Part shown: piece by piece, positions 30,349 through 39,557 of the stretch | How the letters are laid out: each line of letters begins with the position of its first letter | How positions within the stretch are numbered: position 1 is the stretch's first letter | DNA from: Longimicrobiales bacterium | GTDB lineage: Bacteria > Gemmatimonadota > Gemmatimonadetes > Longimicrobiales > Gaopeijiaceae | NCBI GenBank assembly: GCA_965198065.1 | Contig: CBDAON010000004.1 | Coordinates: 160,001 to 224,000 of the forward strand | DNA length: 64,000 bases | Direction of reading: 5' to 3' | Made by a program: the position numbers and the translations under genes | Notes under the pieces: generated by a model | Database searches by the model: none | Seen by the model: the letters and a program-made list of their open reading frames with translations, nothing else | What the model was told of the DNA's origin: nothing

Positions 30349-32004
30349 ATGAGCCGTCGCCTGCGTCTGTGGATCCTCGCCCTGACTCTCGCGGTTCCCC
30401 TCGGCGCCCATGCGCAGCGCGCGGGAGACGGGGGCGCCGTAGCCCCTCCGGACCTGATCCCGGAGGCCACCGTCCTCCAGGGCACTATCGAGGCCATTCG
30501 AGACTACGCGCTCGAGGCCCAGAGCGACTCGGCCCTGTTCGAGCTGGCAATTCAGGGGCTCATCCGGGGGCTGGACGATCCCTACGCGACGGTTCTCACC
30601 CCCGATCAGGTCCGCGAGTTCGAGGAGCAAAGCACCGGGAATTACGCCGGCATCGGGATCGCCATCTACCGCCTGAACGGGGCGGTCACGATCACGGAGG
30701 TGTTCCGGAACACGCCGGCCGCGCGTGCGGGGCTCCAGGTGGGGGACCGGATCGTCGGGGTTGGCGCGGAGGACGGCCGGGAATGGAACGAGGACGACGC
30801 CTCCTCCCGCATCCGCGGGCGCCCCGGAACCCTGGTCGTGGTCACGGTGGAAAGGGACGGGCTCAGTGAGCCGCTCACCCAGGAGATCGAGCGCGACGAG
30901 GTACACGTGCCCGCAGTCACGGCGGAGCGGATATTCTCCGACATCGGCTACATCGCTGTAGGGCGGGTGACACGGAACTCCGCCGCCGAGGTCGACTCGG
31001 TGCTGGGAACGATGGGCGGCACACATGGGCTGATCATCGATCTTAGGAGGAATCCGGGCGGGTATCTCGACGAAGCGCTCCGCATGTCGGACCTCTTCCT
31101 CGATCGGGGCTCCGTGCTCGCGCGGACCCGCTCCAGGATTCGGGGCGGCAACGGCGAGCGGCTGGACGAGGCCCACCACGCGCGCCTCACCCCGCGGGTC
31201 CGGGATCTGCCGATCGTCGTCCTCGTGGACCAGTTCTCGGCCTCGGCGGCCGAAATCGTGGCGGGGGCTCTCCAGGACCATGACCGTGCGCTCGTCATGG
31301 GCGAGCGGACCTTCGGAAAGGGAACCGTGCAGAGCGTCATTCCCCTCCCCGAGGGTTACCTCCTCCGCGTGACGTCGGGCGAGTGGCTGACGCCGCAGGG
31401 CCGGTCGCTGAACCGCCGGAGGGACGCGGACGGACGCCCTATCGAGGTAGCGGACCCGATCGTTGAGGAGTTTCGATCCGTGGGGGGCCGGGCCCTCCGG
31501 GGCGGCGGCGGGGTCTTCCCCGATCTGGAGCTGGTCGAGGACACGCTAAGCGCGAGCGCGCAGGAACTTCCCCTCGCTGCGGTCGAGGCCGAGATCCCCC
31601 TGGGTCGCCGGATTCAGGAAGCCGCCTTTGCGGTGAGTCGCAGTATCCGGGAGACGGGCGAGATCCCCGACGAGTTCCCGGAAGCCGATTTCGACGCTTT
31701 CGTCCAGGCGCTCGTCGAGGAGGGTATCCCCGAAGAGACCATGAACGAGGAATCTCTCGGGTACCTACGTTGGCAGGTCGAGGGACAGATGTACGCCCGG
31801 ATCGAGAACGAGGCCCGATACCTGGAGGTTCGGAGCGAGCGGGACACCGTTCTGGCCGCGGCTGTGCGCCTTCTGACCGAGGCGGGGCGCCAGGAGGACC
31901 TCTTCGTGCTGGCGGCAGCGGAGCGCGCGGCCGCCAGCCCCCCGCCGGAGCCGGTCGGGGCGGCGGGCGTCGCGGTGCCCGCGGGGGCGCCCGGAGGCCT
32001 CTGA
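30349..32004 (+). CDS. S41 C-terminal processing protease (CtpA/Prc)
   Basis: Signal peptide, LDDPY, PDZ domain, IDLRRNPGGYL, SASAAEIVAGALQD, TFGKGTVQ. Confidence 0.95.
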   Translation: MSRRLRLWILALTLAVPLGAHAQRAGDGGAVAPPDLIPEATVLQGTIEAIRDYALEAQSDSALFELAIQGLIRGLDDPYATVLTPDQVREFEEQSTGNYAGIGIAIYRLNGAVTITEVFRNTPAARAGLQVGDRIVGVGAEDGREWNEDDASSRIRGRPGTLVVVTVERDGLSEPLTQEIERDEVHVPAVTAERIFSDIGYIAVGRVTRNSAAEVDSVLGTMGGTHGLIIDLRRNPGGYLDEALRMSDLFLDRGSVLARTRSRIRGGNGERLDEAHHARLTPRVRDLPIVVLVDQFSASAAEIVAGALQDHDRALVMGERTFGKGTVQSVIPLPEGYLLRVTSGEWLTPQGRSLNRRRDADGRPIEVADPIVEEFRSVGGRALRGGGGVFPDLELVEDTLSASAQELPLAAVEAEIPLGRRIQEAAFAVSRSIRETGEIPDEFPEADFDAFVQALVEEGIPEETMNEESLGYLRWQVEGQMYARIENEARYLEVRSERDTVLAAAVRLLTEAGRQEDLFVLAAAERAAASPPPEPVGAAGVAVPAGAPGGL

Positions 32005-32042
32005 CCGGTCTCCCCCGGGGGCCGGCTTCCAGCCGGGGCTCT

Positions 32043-32942
32043 TCAGGCGCGGGGGTGATAGCGCCGATGCACCTGGCGCAGGTAGTCGCGGTCGATGTGC
32101 GTGTAGATCTGCGTCGTCGCGATATCAGCGTGCCCTAGGAGCTCCTGCACAGCGGCAAGGTCCGCTCCCCCCTCCAGCAGGTGGGTGGCAAACGTGTGGC
32201 GGAGCGTGTGCGGGGAGATCCGTCGCTCGACTCCGGCCCGGCGTGCTGCCTCCTTCACGACCCCCCAGACCCCCATCCGGGTGAGCGGCCGGCCCCGCTG
32301 GTTCAGGAAGATCGCGCCCGCGCCCCGCCCCCGATCCAGGCGGGGCCTAAGCTCCCGCAGGTAGCGAAGGGCGACACCGAGGGCCACGCGGCCGACGGGA
32401 ACGATCCTCTCCCTCGAGCCCTTCCCGAAGACAGTCAGAAGACCCGCTTCTGCATCCAGGTCGGGGATCCGCGCCGTGGTGAGCTCCGACACGCGAATCC
32501 CCGTCGCGTACAGGAGCTCTAGGATCGCGCGGTCCCTCCAGTGGACTCCGCTCTCCGGGGAGGGCGACTCGATCAGCGCTACCGCCTCCCGCTGGGTCAG
32601 GACATCCGGGAGCGTTCGCCCCGTCTTGGGAGCCTCCAGGCGCTCAGTGGGGTCCGCGCTCACCACGCCCTCCTCGAGAAGAAAGCCGTAGTAGCTCCGA
32701 AGGGAGGAGAGGGAGCGCCGGATCGACGTCGGGGCCAGCCCAGCTTCCTTCAGGTGGAAGAGGTACTCGCGGAGCGTGACGTGCGAGACCTCCTCAGGGG
32801 AGTGTACCTCCCGCTCGACGAGGAACCGCGCGAGCCGTTCCACGTCACGGTAGTAGGCGGCTACCGTCCGGTCGGAGAGTCCGCGCTCGAAGGCCAGGAA
32901 GTCCCGATATGGCTCGGTCCGGAAGGCCCCCCCGTCGGACAT
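32043..32942 (-). CDS. xerD: Site-specific tyrosine recombinase XerD
   Basis: RDRAILELLYATGIRVSEL, GKGSRERIVP, SPHTLRHTFATHLLEGGADL, LGHADIATTQIYTH; final HPRA. Confidence 0.9.
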   Translation of the reverse strand: MSDGGAFRTEPYRDFLAFERGLSDRTVAAYYRDVERLARFLVEREVHSPEEVSHVTLREYLFHLKEAGLAPTSIRRSLSSLRSYYGFLLEEGVVSADPTERLEAPKTGRTLPDVLTQREAVALIESPSPESGVHWRDRAILELLYATGIRVSELTTARIPDLDAEAGLLTVFGKGSRERIVPVGRVALGVALRYLRELRPRLDRGRGAGAIFLNQRGRPLTRMGVWGVVKEAARRAGVERRISPHTLRHTFATHLLEGGADLAAVQELLGHADIATTQIYTHIDRDYLRQVHRRYHPRA

Positions 32943-32956
32943 CGAGCCGCGCAGCG

Positions 32957-33448
32957 TCAGGCAGGAGCAGACAACGAGACGAGCAGGGCCACCGCATGGA
33001 CCGCGACGCCCTCACCCCTGCCCTCCCAGCCCATGCCTTCATTCGTCTTCCCCTTCACCGACACGGATCCCGGTGCCACGTCCAGCGCGCGGGCCAGCGA
33101 GTCCCGGATAGAATCGGCGACCGGGGCGATCCTGGGCCGTTCGCATACGACCGAGACGTCCACGTTCCCGACACCGTACCCAGCGTCCCGGACCATCCGC
33201 ACGGCCGCACGCAGAAGGTTCATGGAGTCCGCTCCCCGCCAGCGCTCGTCTCCGGGCGGAAAGTGGGTCCCGATATCCCCGAGCCCCGCGGCCCCCAGGA
33301 TGGCGTCTGTCACCGCATGCGCGAGCGCGTCCCCGTCGGAGAACCCCGCGAGCCCCGGGGTGTCGGGGATCGGGACCCCACCCAGGACACAGGCCCGATC
33401 GGGGTCGAAGCGGTGAGAGTCGAAGCCGAGCCCAATCCTCAGCCTCAA
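32957..33448 (-). CDS. ispF: 2-C-methyl-D-erythritol 2,4-cyclodiphosphate synthase
   Basis: RIGLGFDSHRF, SDGDALAHAVTDAILGA, GDIGTHFP, KGKTNE. Confidence 0.95.
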   Translation of the reverse strand: MRLRIGLGFDSHRFDPDRACVLGGVPIPDTPGLAGFSDGDALAHAVTDAILGAAGLGDIGTHFPPGDERWRGADSMNLLRAAVRMVRDAGYGVGNVDVSVVCERPRIAPVADSIRDSLARALDVAPGSVSVKGKTNEGMGWEGRGEGVAVHAVALLVSLSAPA

Positions 33449-34707
33449 TCCTCCTGCGCGATGGCGATGCACGCGTTGTGGCCGCCGAAGCCGAAGGAGT
33501 TCGAGAGCGCCAGGCGGACCGGCTTCTCCCGCGCCCGGTTCGGCGCGTAATCAAGGTCGCACTCGGGATCGGGCGTGTTCAGGTTGATCGTAGGCGGAAT
33601 CGTCCCGTCCTGACATGCCAGCACGCAGATGATGGCCTCGACCGCCCCCGCCGCACCCAGGAGGTGTCCGGTCATCGACTTGGTGGAGCCCACGACAACC
33701 CGGTCGGCGTGAGGGCCGAGAACGGCGCGGATCGCCTGCGTCTCGGTGCGGTCGTTGTGCGGCGTGGAGGTCCCGTGCGCGTTGATGTAATCCACGTCCT
33801 CGGGCCGAATCCCCGCGTCCTGCAGGGCCGCACGCATGGCCGACTGCGCCCCCGCGCCGCCGGGCACCGGAGACGTGATGTGGTACGCGTCAGCGGACAT
33901 GCCGAAGCCCGCGATCCGACCGAGGATCCGAGCACCCCGCCGCTCCGCGACCTCGCGGGCCTCGAGGATCAGACACCCCGCGCCCTCCCCCATCACGAAC
34001 CCGTCCCGGTCGGCGTCGAACGGGCGGCTCGCCTTCTCGGGCTCGTCGTTCCTCGTGGACATGGCCTTCATGGAGCCGAAGCCGGCCATCGTGAGGGGCG
34101 TGATCGTGGCCTCCGTGCCGCCCGCAATGATCCGATCCGCATCTCCCCGCTCGATGATGCGGAGCGCGTCGCCGATGGCGTGCGCGGAAGAAGCGCACGC
34201 CGAGACGGTCGTGTAATTCGCCCCTCTCGCGCCATAACGGATCGAGATGAGGCCCGGTGCGATGTCCGGAATGAACATGGGGACGAAGAAGGGGCTGACC
34301 CGGCTCGGGCCCCGGTCGAGGAGGATCTTACACTGCACCTCGAAGGTCCCGATGCCGCCGATGCCGGTGCCAACGATGACCCCGAAACGATCGGGATCGA
34401 CCCCTTCGGATGGGGCGTCCACCAGCCCGGCGTGTCGCACCGCTTCATGCGCCGCCACGAGCGCGAACTGCGCAAATCGGTCGTATCGACGGATCTCCTT
34501 CGCATCCAGGACGCCCGCAGGGTCGAAGCCCTTCACCTCGCACGCGATCCGCGTGGGATACTCGAGCGTGGCCTCGAAATGGGTCACGGGCCCGCACCCG
34601 GGCGTGCCTGCCAGGAGAGCGCCCCACGCCGCCTCGACGCCCACGCCGACCGGGGTGACGAGCCCAAGGCCCGTCACCACCACTTCCCTCCCGGCGTTGT
34701 CAGTCAT
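33445..34707 (-). CDS. fabF: 3-oxoacyl-ACP synthase II
   Basis: VSACASSAH, RPFDADRDGFVMGEG, NAHGTST, KSMTGHLLGAAG, SNSFGFGGHN. Confidence 0.97.
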   Translation of the reverse strand: MTDNAGREVVVTGLGLVTPVGVGVEAAWGALLAGTPGCGPVTHFEATLEYPTRIACEVKGFDPAGVLDAKEIRRYDRFAQFALVAAHEAVRHAGLVDAPSEGVDPDRFGVIVGTGIGGIGTFEVQCKILLDRGPSRVSPFFVPMFIPDIAPGLISIRYGARGANYTTVSACASSAHAIGDALRIIERGDADRIIAGGTEATITPLTMAGFGSMKAMSTRNDEPEKASRPFDADRDGFVMGEGAGCLILEAREVAERRGARILGRIAGFGMSADAYHITSPVPGGAGAQSAMRAALQDAGIRPEDVDYINAHGTSTPHNDRTETQAIRAVLGPHADRVVVGSTKSMTGHLLGAAGAVEAIICVLACQDGTIPPTINLNTPDPECDLDYAPNRAREKPVRLALSNSFGFGGHNACIAIAQED

Positions 34708-34758
34708 CGCGTCCGCCCGCGCGGCCGTCGCGCTGAGCCAACCACAGCCCGATGACCG

Positions 34759-35007
34759 TCACTCGCTCCCTTTGGAATGCTTCTTCAGGTACTCGATCGC
34801 GTCGCCCACGGTGCCCATCTGCTCCGCATCTTCGTCCGGAATGTCGATTCCGAACTCCTCCTCGAAGGCCATGACGAGCTCCACTGTGTCGAGCGAGTCG
34901 GCTCCAAGATCCTCCACGAACGAGGCTTGCGGCGTCACCTTTCCAAACTCGACTCCCAGCTCGTTCACGATGATCTCCTTCACCTTCGCCTCGATGCTTT
35001 CCCCCAT
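34759..35007 (-). CDS. acpP: Acyl carrier protein
   Basis: [20 protein letters not shown]. Confidence 0.98.
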   Translation of the reverse strand: MGESIEAKVKEIIVNELGVEFGKVTPQASFVEDLGADSLDTVELVMAFEEEFGIDIPDEDAEQMGTVGDAIEYLKKHSKGSE

Positions 35008-35061
35008 TCGTCACCCCTTCGGTTGATGGTCCCGACGATCGAGCGATCGGCGGAAGGCCGG

Positions 35062-35796
35062 TCACATGAGCATGCCCCCGTCCACGGTGAGCACCTGGCC
35101 CGTAATGTAGCTAGCCGCCGGGCCGGCGAGAAAGCGCGCCGCGCCTGCGATGTCCGCGGGAGATCCGAGGCGCCCGAGGGGAATCTGGCGCCTGAGCTCC
35201 TCGGTCTGCTCATCGGTCAGAGAGGCCGTCATGTCCGTGGTGATGTACCCGGGGGCAATCGCGTTTGAACGGATCCCTCGGGAGGCGAGCTCTCGCGCGA
35301 CGCTTTTGGCGAACCCGATGAGCCCGGCCTTCGACGCCGCGTAGTTAGCCTGTCCCGCGTTGCCCGACAGCCCCACCACCGACGTGACGTTCAGGATGAC
35401 CCCGTCGCGGCGCTTCATCATCCCGCGGACCACGGCGCGCGTCATGTTGAACGCGCCCTTGAGGTTCACCTCCATCACCTCGTCCCAATCCTCATCTTTC
35501 AGGCGAACGAGGACGTTGTCCCTCGTGATCCCCGCATTGTTCACGAGGATGGAGACGCCGCCGAGGGCCTGCTCCACGGAGGACACAGTCGCCTGGACCT
35601 CGGCGGGACTCGCCACGTCACACCGGAACCCTTGGTGTCCGCTCCCTGGGAGCCCGGCGGCGGCCGCGCGCGCGCTCTCCGCGTCCCGACCGATCACGGC
35701 GACCCTGGCGCCTCCATCCGCTAGCGCCGCCGCGATGGCGAGTCCGATCCCGCGAGATCCCCCGGTTACGAGGGCAATCTGACCGGCGAGCTCCAT
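35062..35796 (-). CDS. fabG: 3-oxoacyl-ACP reductase
   Basis: TGGSRGIG, NNAGITRD, NYAASKAG, GQVLTVDGG. Confidence 0.97.
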   Translation of the reverse strand: MELAGQIALVTGGSRGIGLAIAAALADGGARVAVIGRDAESARAAAAGLPGSGHQGFRCDVASPAEVQATVSSVEQALGGVSILVNNAGITRDNVLVRLKDEDWDEVMEVNLKGAFNMTRAVVRGMMKRRDGVILNVTSVVGLSGNAGQANYAASKAGLIGFAKSVARELASRGIRSNAIAPGYITTDMTASLTDEQTEELRRQIPLGRLGSPADIAGAARFLAGPAASYITGQVLTVDGGMLM

Positions 35797-35808
35797 GGCG
35801 CCTCCAGG

Positions 35809-36756
35809 CTACCCGACCGACCCGAGGAGAAGCACCTCCAGGGCGGCGATGTCTCCGGGCTCGCCCACCGAGACGGTCGGGATGCCCCGAGCGTTCTTCC
35901 GGTTCAGGCCGGCGAGCACGGACCCCGGACCGATCTCGACGAAGCGGTCCGCGCCCGCAGCCACCATGGCCCGGACCGAGGCTGCCCAGCGCACGGGAGA
36001 CGTGAGCTGCCGCACGAGAAGCTCCCTGGCGACTCCCCCGTCGCTCACCGGCTCCGCCGTGACGTTCGAGTACACCGGGTAGAGAGGGCGACGGAACTTC
36101 ACGGCCTCCAGCCGCTCTCGCAATCCCCTCTGGGCCGGCTCCATGAGGGAAGAGTGAAAAGCGCCGGATACGCCGAGCGGGACCACTTTCTTCGCGCCCA
36201 TCCCCGGACCGAGATCGACCGCGCGCTCCACCGCGTCCCGATCCCCGGAGACGACCACCTGGCCCGGCGAGTTCAGGTTGGCCGGGACTACGATCGAATC
36301 CGGTGGGCGCGACGACGCCTGGCAGAGCGCCTCCGCGGCTTCCTCCTCCATCCCGAGCACGGCCGCCATCCCGCCTGGGCGAGCCCCCCCGGCTTCCGCC
36401 ATGAGCCGGCCCCGCGCCCGGACGGCCGCGAGCGCATCCGGAAAGGGAATCGTGCCTGCAGCCACATGAGCGGTAAACTCGCCCAGGGAATGTCCCGCCG
36501 CGAGCGCCACGGGCCCGAGGCGGTCTCGGACCACCTTGAGCGCGGCCACGGAATGCGTGAGGATCGCCGGCTGCGCGTTCTGGGTCAGGACCAACTTCTC
36601 CTCAGGGCCCTCCCAGAGGAGGGTCGAGAGCGGCTCCCCGAGGATGCCGTCAGCCTCGGCGAAAAGCGCCGCCGCGACCGGAAAGGACCGGGCCAGGGAT
36701 CGGCCCATCCCGACGAACTGCGATCCCTGCCCGGGGAACAGGAGCGCGAGGGACAC
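35809..36756 (-). CDS. fabD: Malonyl-CoA:ACP transacylase
   Basis: FPGQGSQ, GHSLGE, SGAFHS, QLTSPVRW. Confidence 0.97.
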   Translation of the reverse strand: MSLALLFPGQGSQFVGMGRSLARSFPVAAALFAEADGILGEPLSTLLWEGPEEKLVLTQNAQPAILTHSVAALKVVRDRLGPVALAAGHSLGEFTAHVAAGTIPFPDALAAVRARGRLMAEAGGARPGGMAAVLGMEEEAAEALCQASSRPPDSIVVPANLNSPGQVVVSGDRDAVERAVDLGPGMGAKKVVPLGVSGAFHSSLMEPAQRGLRERLEAVKFRRPLYPVYSNVTAEPVSDGGVARELLVRQLTSPVRWAASVRAMVAAGADRFVEIGPGSVLAGLNRKNARGIPTVSVGEPGDIAALEVLLLGSVG

Positions 36757-36764
36757 CGGATCGG

Positions 36765-37769
36765 CTAGTCCTCGGACGGCGCAAGCAGGCCATGGAGGTC
36801 GCCCGCCAGGTCGCGAGCGATGTGCTCGACCATCCTGGTGCGGACGGCCTGCTCCGCCACGGCAATCGCGTTCCGGATCGCCTTGGGCGGCGATTGTCCG
36901 TGGCAGACGATCGAGACCCCGTTCACGCCGAGGAGGGGCGCGCCCCCGTACTCGGCGTAATCGAGAACGCGGAAGACCTCGTCCAGGTCCATCGAGGTCC
37001 CGGCCTTATCCATCTCGCGCGTTAGCAGGCCGATTGTGAACTCCGCAACGGACTCGTAGAACTTGAGGAGCACGTTCCCGACGAACCCGTCGCAGACGAG
37101 CACGTCGCAGGCCCCGCGGATGATGTCCCGACCCTCGACGTTTCCGATGAAGTGGAGCCCGCTTCCGGACAGGAGTTCGTGCGCCTCGAGGGCGAGCTCG
37201 CCCCCCTTGCCCGGCTCCTCCCCGATGTTCAGGAGCGCCACGCGCGGTTGCTCCAAACCCATCAGATCCTGAGCGTAAATCGCGCCGAGCCGGGCGAACT
37301 GGAGCAGGTGCTGCGGCTTCGAGTCCACGTTGGCCCCGGAATCCAACATCAGCGTGGGGCGCCTCGAGGTAGGGAGGAGCGTGCCAATGGCGGGGCGCGC
37401 TACTCCCGGGAGAGGGCGGAGCAGGATCCGGGAGGCCGCCATGACGGCCCCCGTCGAGCCCGCGCTCACGAAAGCGTTCGCGTGGCCGTACTTCAGGAGA
37501 CGGATGCCGGTGACGATGGACGAGCGCGGCCGGCGTCTGACGGCCTGGGCGGGTGACTCCCCCGGCAAGATCCGATCGGGCGCGTGGACGATGTCGAGCC
37601 GCCCCCGGGAGGCGGGATCCACGTCCGTGAGACCCCACTCGATGTCCTCGAGGTTTCCTACCAGGGAGATGGTGAGATCTTCCGGGCCACCCTCCAGCGC
37701 CTGCACGGCCCCGGCGATCTCGATGGCCGGTGACCCGTCCGAGCCCATGCAGTCCAGGGCGATACGCAC
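36765..37769 (-). CDS. plsX: Phosphate acyltransferase PlsX
   Basis: IALDCMGSD, SAGSTGA, LNIGEEPGKG, GNVEGRD, CDGFVGNV. Confidence 0.96.
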   Translation of the reverse strand: MRIALDCMGSDGSPAIEIAGAVQALEGGPEDLTISLVGNLEDIEWGLTDVDPASRGRLDIVHAPDRILPGESPAQAVRRRPRSSIVTGIRLLKYGHANAFVSAGSTGAVMAASRILLRPLPGVARPAIGTLLPTSRRPTLMLDSGANVDSKPQHLLQFARLGAIYAQDLMGLEQPRVALLNIGEEPGKGGELALEAHELLSGSGLHFIGNVEGRDIIRGACDVLVCDGFVGNVLLKFYESVAEFTIGLLTREMDKAGTSMDLDEVFRVLDYAEYGGAPLLGVNGVSIVCHGQSPPKAIRNAIAVAEQAVRTRMVEHIARDLAGDLHGLLAPSED

Positions 37770-37868
37770 CGGCCGCCTCCCCGTCAGTCGATCTCCACCC
37801 CGTGGGTCGCTCGGAGGAGCGCCGACGACGGGGATGGCCCCGTGCTGCCCGTGACCCGAAGGGCTTCC

Positions 37869-38054
37869 CTACACTTCGTCAGCGACCTGGAGGACCTCTG
37901 TACCACGGTAAAATCCACAGGAGCCACAGACACGGTGGGGCTGCTTGGGATCTCCGCAACGCGGACAGGCGTGCGTCACCACCGGCTCCGCCTTGAAGTG
38001 GGTCCGACGCTTCCGTTTCCTCTGCTTCGATGTGCGCTTCTTGGGGACGGCCAT
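37869..38054 (-). CDS. rpmF: 50S ribosomal protein L32
   Basis: [10 protein letters not shown]...CPRCG...[10 protein letters not shown]. Confidence 0.98.
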   Translation of the reverse strand: MAVPKKRTSKQRKRKRRTHFKAEPVVTHACPRCGDPKQPHRVCGSCGFYRGTEVLQVADEV

Positions 38055-38067
38055 GGCCTGCCTCGCC

Positions 38068-38589
38068 TCATCCGTTTCGGGGCAGCCGGAGGGCTTCCCA
38101 CCGGGAATCCACCTCCTGACCCTCGCAGCGACATTCCTCTTCGTTCAGATCGATCCCGCATCGGGGACAGATCCCCCGGCAAGCGTCCACGCAGAGGAGG
38201 TACGCGGGCGCAGCAAGGAGCATCTCTTCCCGGATCGCATCCCGGACGTCCAGATCGGCCGCGCCGGCTGGAATGGTCCGGATCTCGCCATCCAGCTCGA
38301 ACGTCTCCGACCCGTCGTCCCCGTACGACCAAACCAGGGCGAGCGGCTCCCTTACCACGTGCCTGACGGCGGCCAGGCAGCGTCGACACGCACCGCCCAG
38401 TCGCGCCGACATCTCGCCGCGGGCCACGACCTGCTCGCCCGCCGCGGCCCGAGACACCAGGAGCTCCACGTCCACCCCCGAGAGGAGCTCGAGGTCCGAG
38501 CCCTCCCAGAGCGGGTCATCCGCCGCGATCGTGTGACGCACCCGCACGGAGCCCACCCGCTCGAGCTCCCTGAGCCCGATCCTGAACAT
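38068..38589 (-). CDS. DUF177/YceD-family protein
   Basis: CRRCL ... [24 protein letters not shown]; upstream of rpmF. Confidence 0.93.
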   Translation of the reverse strand: MFRIGLRELERVGSVRVRHTIAADDPLWEGSDLELLSGVDVELLVSRAAAGEQVVARGEMSARLGGACRRCLAAVRHVVREPLALVWSYGDDGSETFELDGEIRTIPAGAADLDVRDAIREEMLLAAPAYLLCVDACRGICPRCGIDLNEEECRCEGQEVDSRWEALRLPRNG

Positions 38590-38598
38590 AGACCAGAA

Positions 38599-38627
38599 AC
38601 GCTATTGTAGCTCCGCCCGAGTGTCAA
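38599..38627 (-). promoter_or_regulatory. Sigma70-type promoter for the yceD-rpmF-plsX-fab operon
   Basis: TTGACA-N17-TAGCGT on the minus strand, 9 nt before the ATG (near-leaderless). Confidence 0.55.
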
Positions 38628-38759
38628 TCGAGGGTTGTGCGCCAGGTGGACGGCGGACGGGGCGCCCGGTTGGGCGCCGGCCGCCGCACGGCCTCACCCT
38701 TCCGGGGTAGCTCCGTAACCGACCAATCTGGCATCCGAGCCGGGGAGAGCAGGGGGCCC

Positions 38760-39413
38760 GTGGATTCACACGCCTTTCCCGTGGGAGCACTGATCGCGGG
38801 CGGTCGCAACACGCGGTACGGAGCGACCAAGGCTCTCGAGCCGGTCCGGGGGCGGCGCCTCGTGGACGGAGTCGCGACCGCGCTCGCGGAGGCGACCGAC
38901 CAGGTGGTGCTGATCACGAACGAGACGGCCCTTCGTGACCACGTGGGCTTCCCCGCGCGCGGCGACGGGGTCCGGGGGCTCGGACCGCTGGGTGGAGTGC
39001 TCACCGCCCTCCACTGGGCGGCGGAGTTGGAAAGGCAGGGGATCCTCGCCGTCGCCTGCGACCTGCCGTTTCCCTCCGCCCCGCTTCTCCGAAGAATCGC
39101 GGAGATCGCGGCGTCGGGTGGGGCAGACGCCGTCGTTCCAGAGAATCCGGGCAACCGGAGGGGGATCGAGCCCCTCTTCGCGTTCTATTCCCGCTCATGC
39201 ATCGAGCCGATCGAGAGCGCAATCAGCCGCCGCGACCACCGCATGGTCGGCTTCCTTGAGGAGATCCGCCTCGAGCGCGTGCCGGTGGACGAGGTGCGTC
39301 GGTATGGCGACCCCTGGCGTCTCTTCTTCAACGTGAACACCCGAGCCGATCTCGAGCTCGCGGAACGCATGGCCCTCCCTCCGGAGGCCGGGCGGTCACC
39401 TGGCGGCCCGTGA
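38760..39413 (+). CDS. mobA: Molybdenum cofactor guanylyltransferase
   Basis: IAGGRNTRYGATKA, GPLGG, ACDLPF, EPLFAFY, FFNVNT. Confidence 0.9.
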   Translation: MDSHAFPVGALIAGGRNTRYGATKALEPVRGRRLVDGVATALAEATDQVVLITNETALRDHVGFPARGDGVRGLGPLGGVLTALHWAAELERQGILAVACDLPFPSAPLLRRIAEIAASGGADAVVPENPGNRRGIEPLFAFYSRSCIEPIESAISRRDHRMVGFLEEIRLERVPVDEVRRYGDPWRLFFNVNTRADLELAERMALPPEAGRSPGGP

Positions 39414-39557
39414 TCGGGCACGGGGTCCACACGCGGGTCGCGGCCGTTTGGGGCCATTGCGCCTCGGTCACGGGGGTCGCCTAATGGAGAGGTGGTCGCA
39501 GTCGCAGAGGGGGCGCGGCGTCGGAAACGACCGGGGTCCAAGCCAGGGGGTGGCGTG

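Noticed and set aside
30145..31281. Apparent 380-aa N-terminal extension of NadE (973-aa ORF)
   Set aside because: It is the antisense of ctpA; the nitrilase domain starts near 30144
32043..32942. Tyrosine recombinase as a prophage or island integrase
   Set aside because: Its size and motifs fit housekeeping XerD, it sits within core genes, and there is no att or cargo
39414..39557. Possible Moco riboswitch between mobA and the FdhF/YdeP gene
   Set aside because: I could not identify the conserved Moco-motif elements by eye
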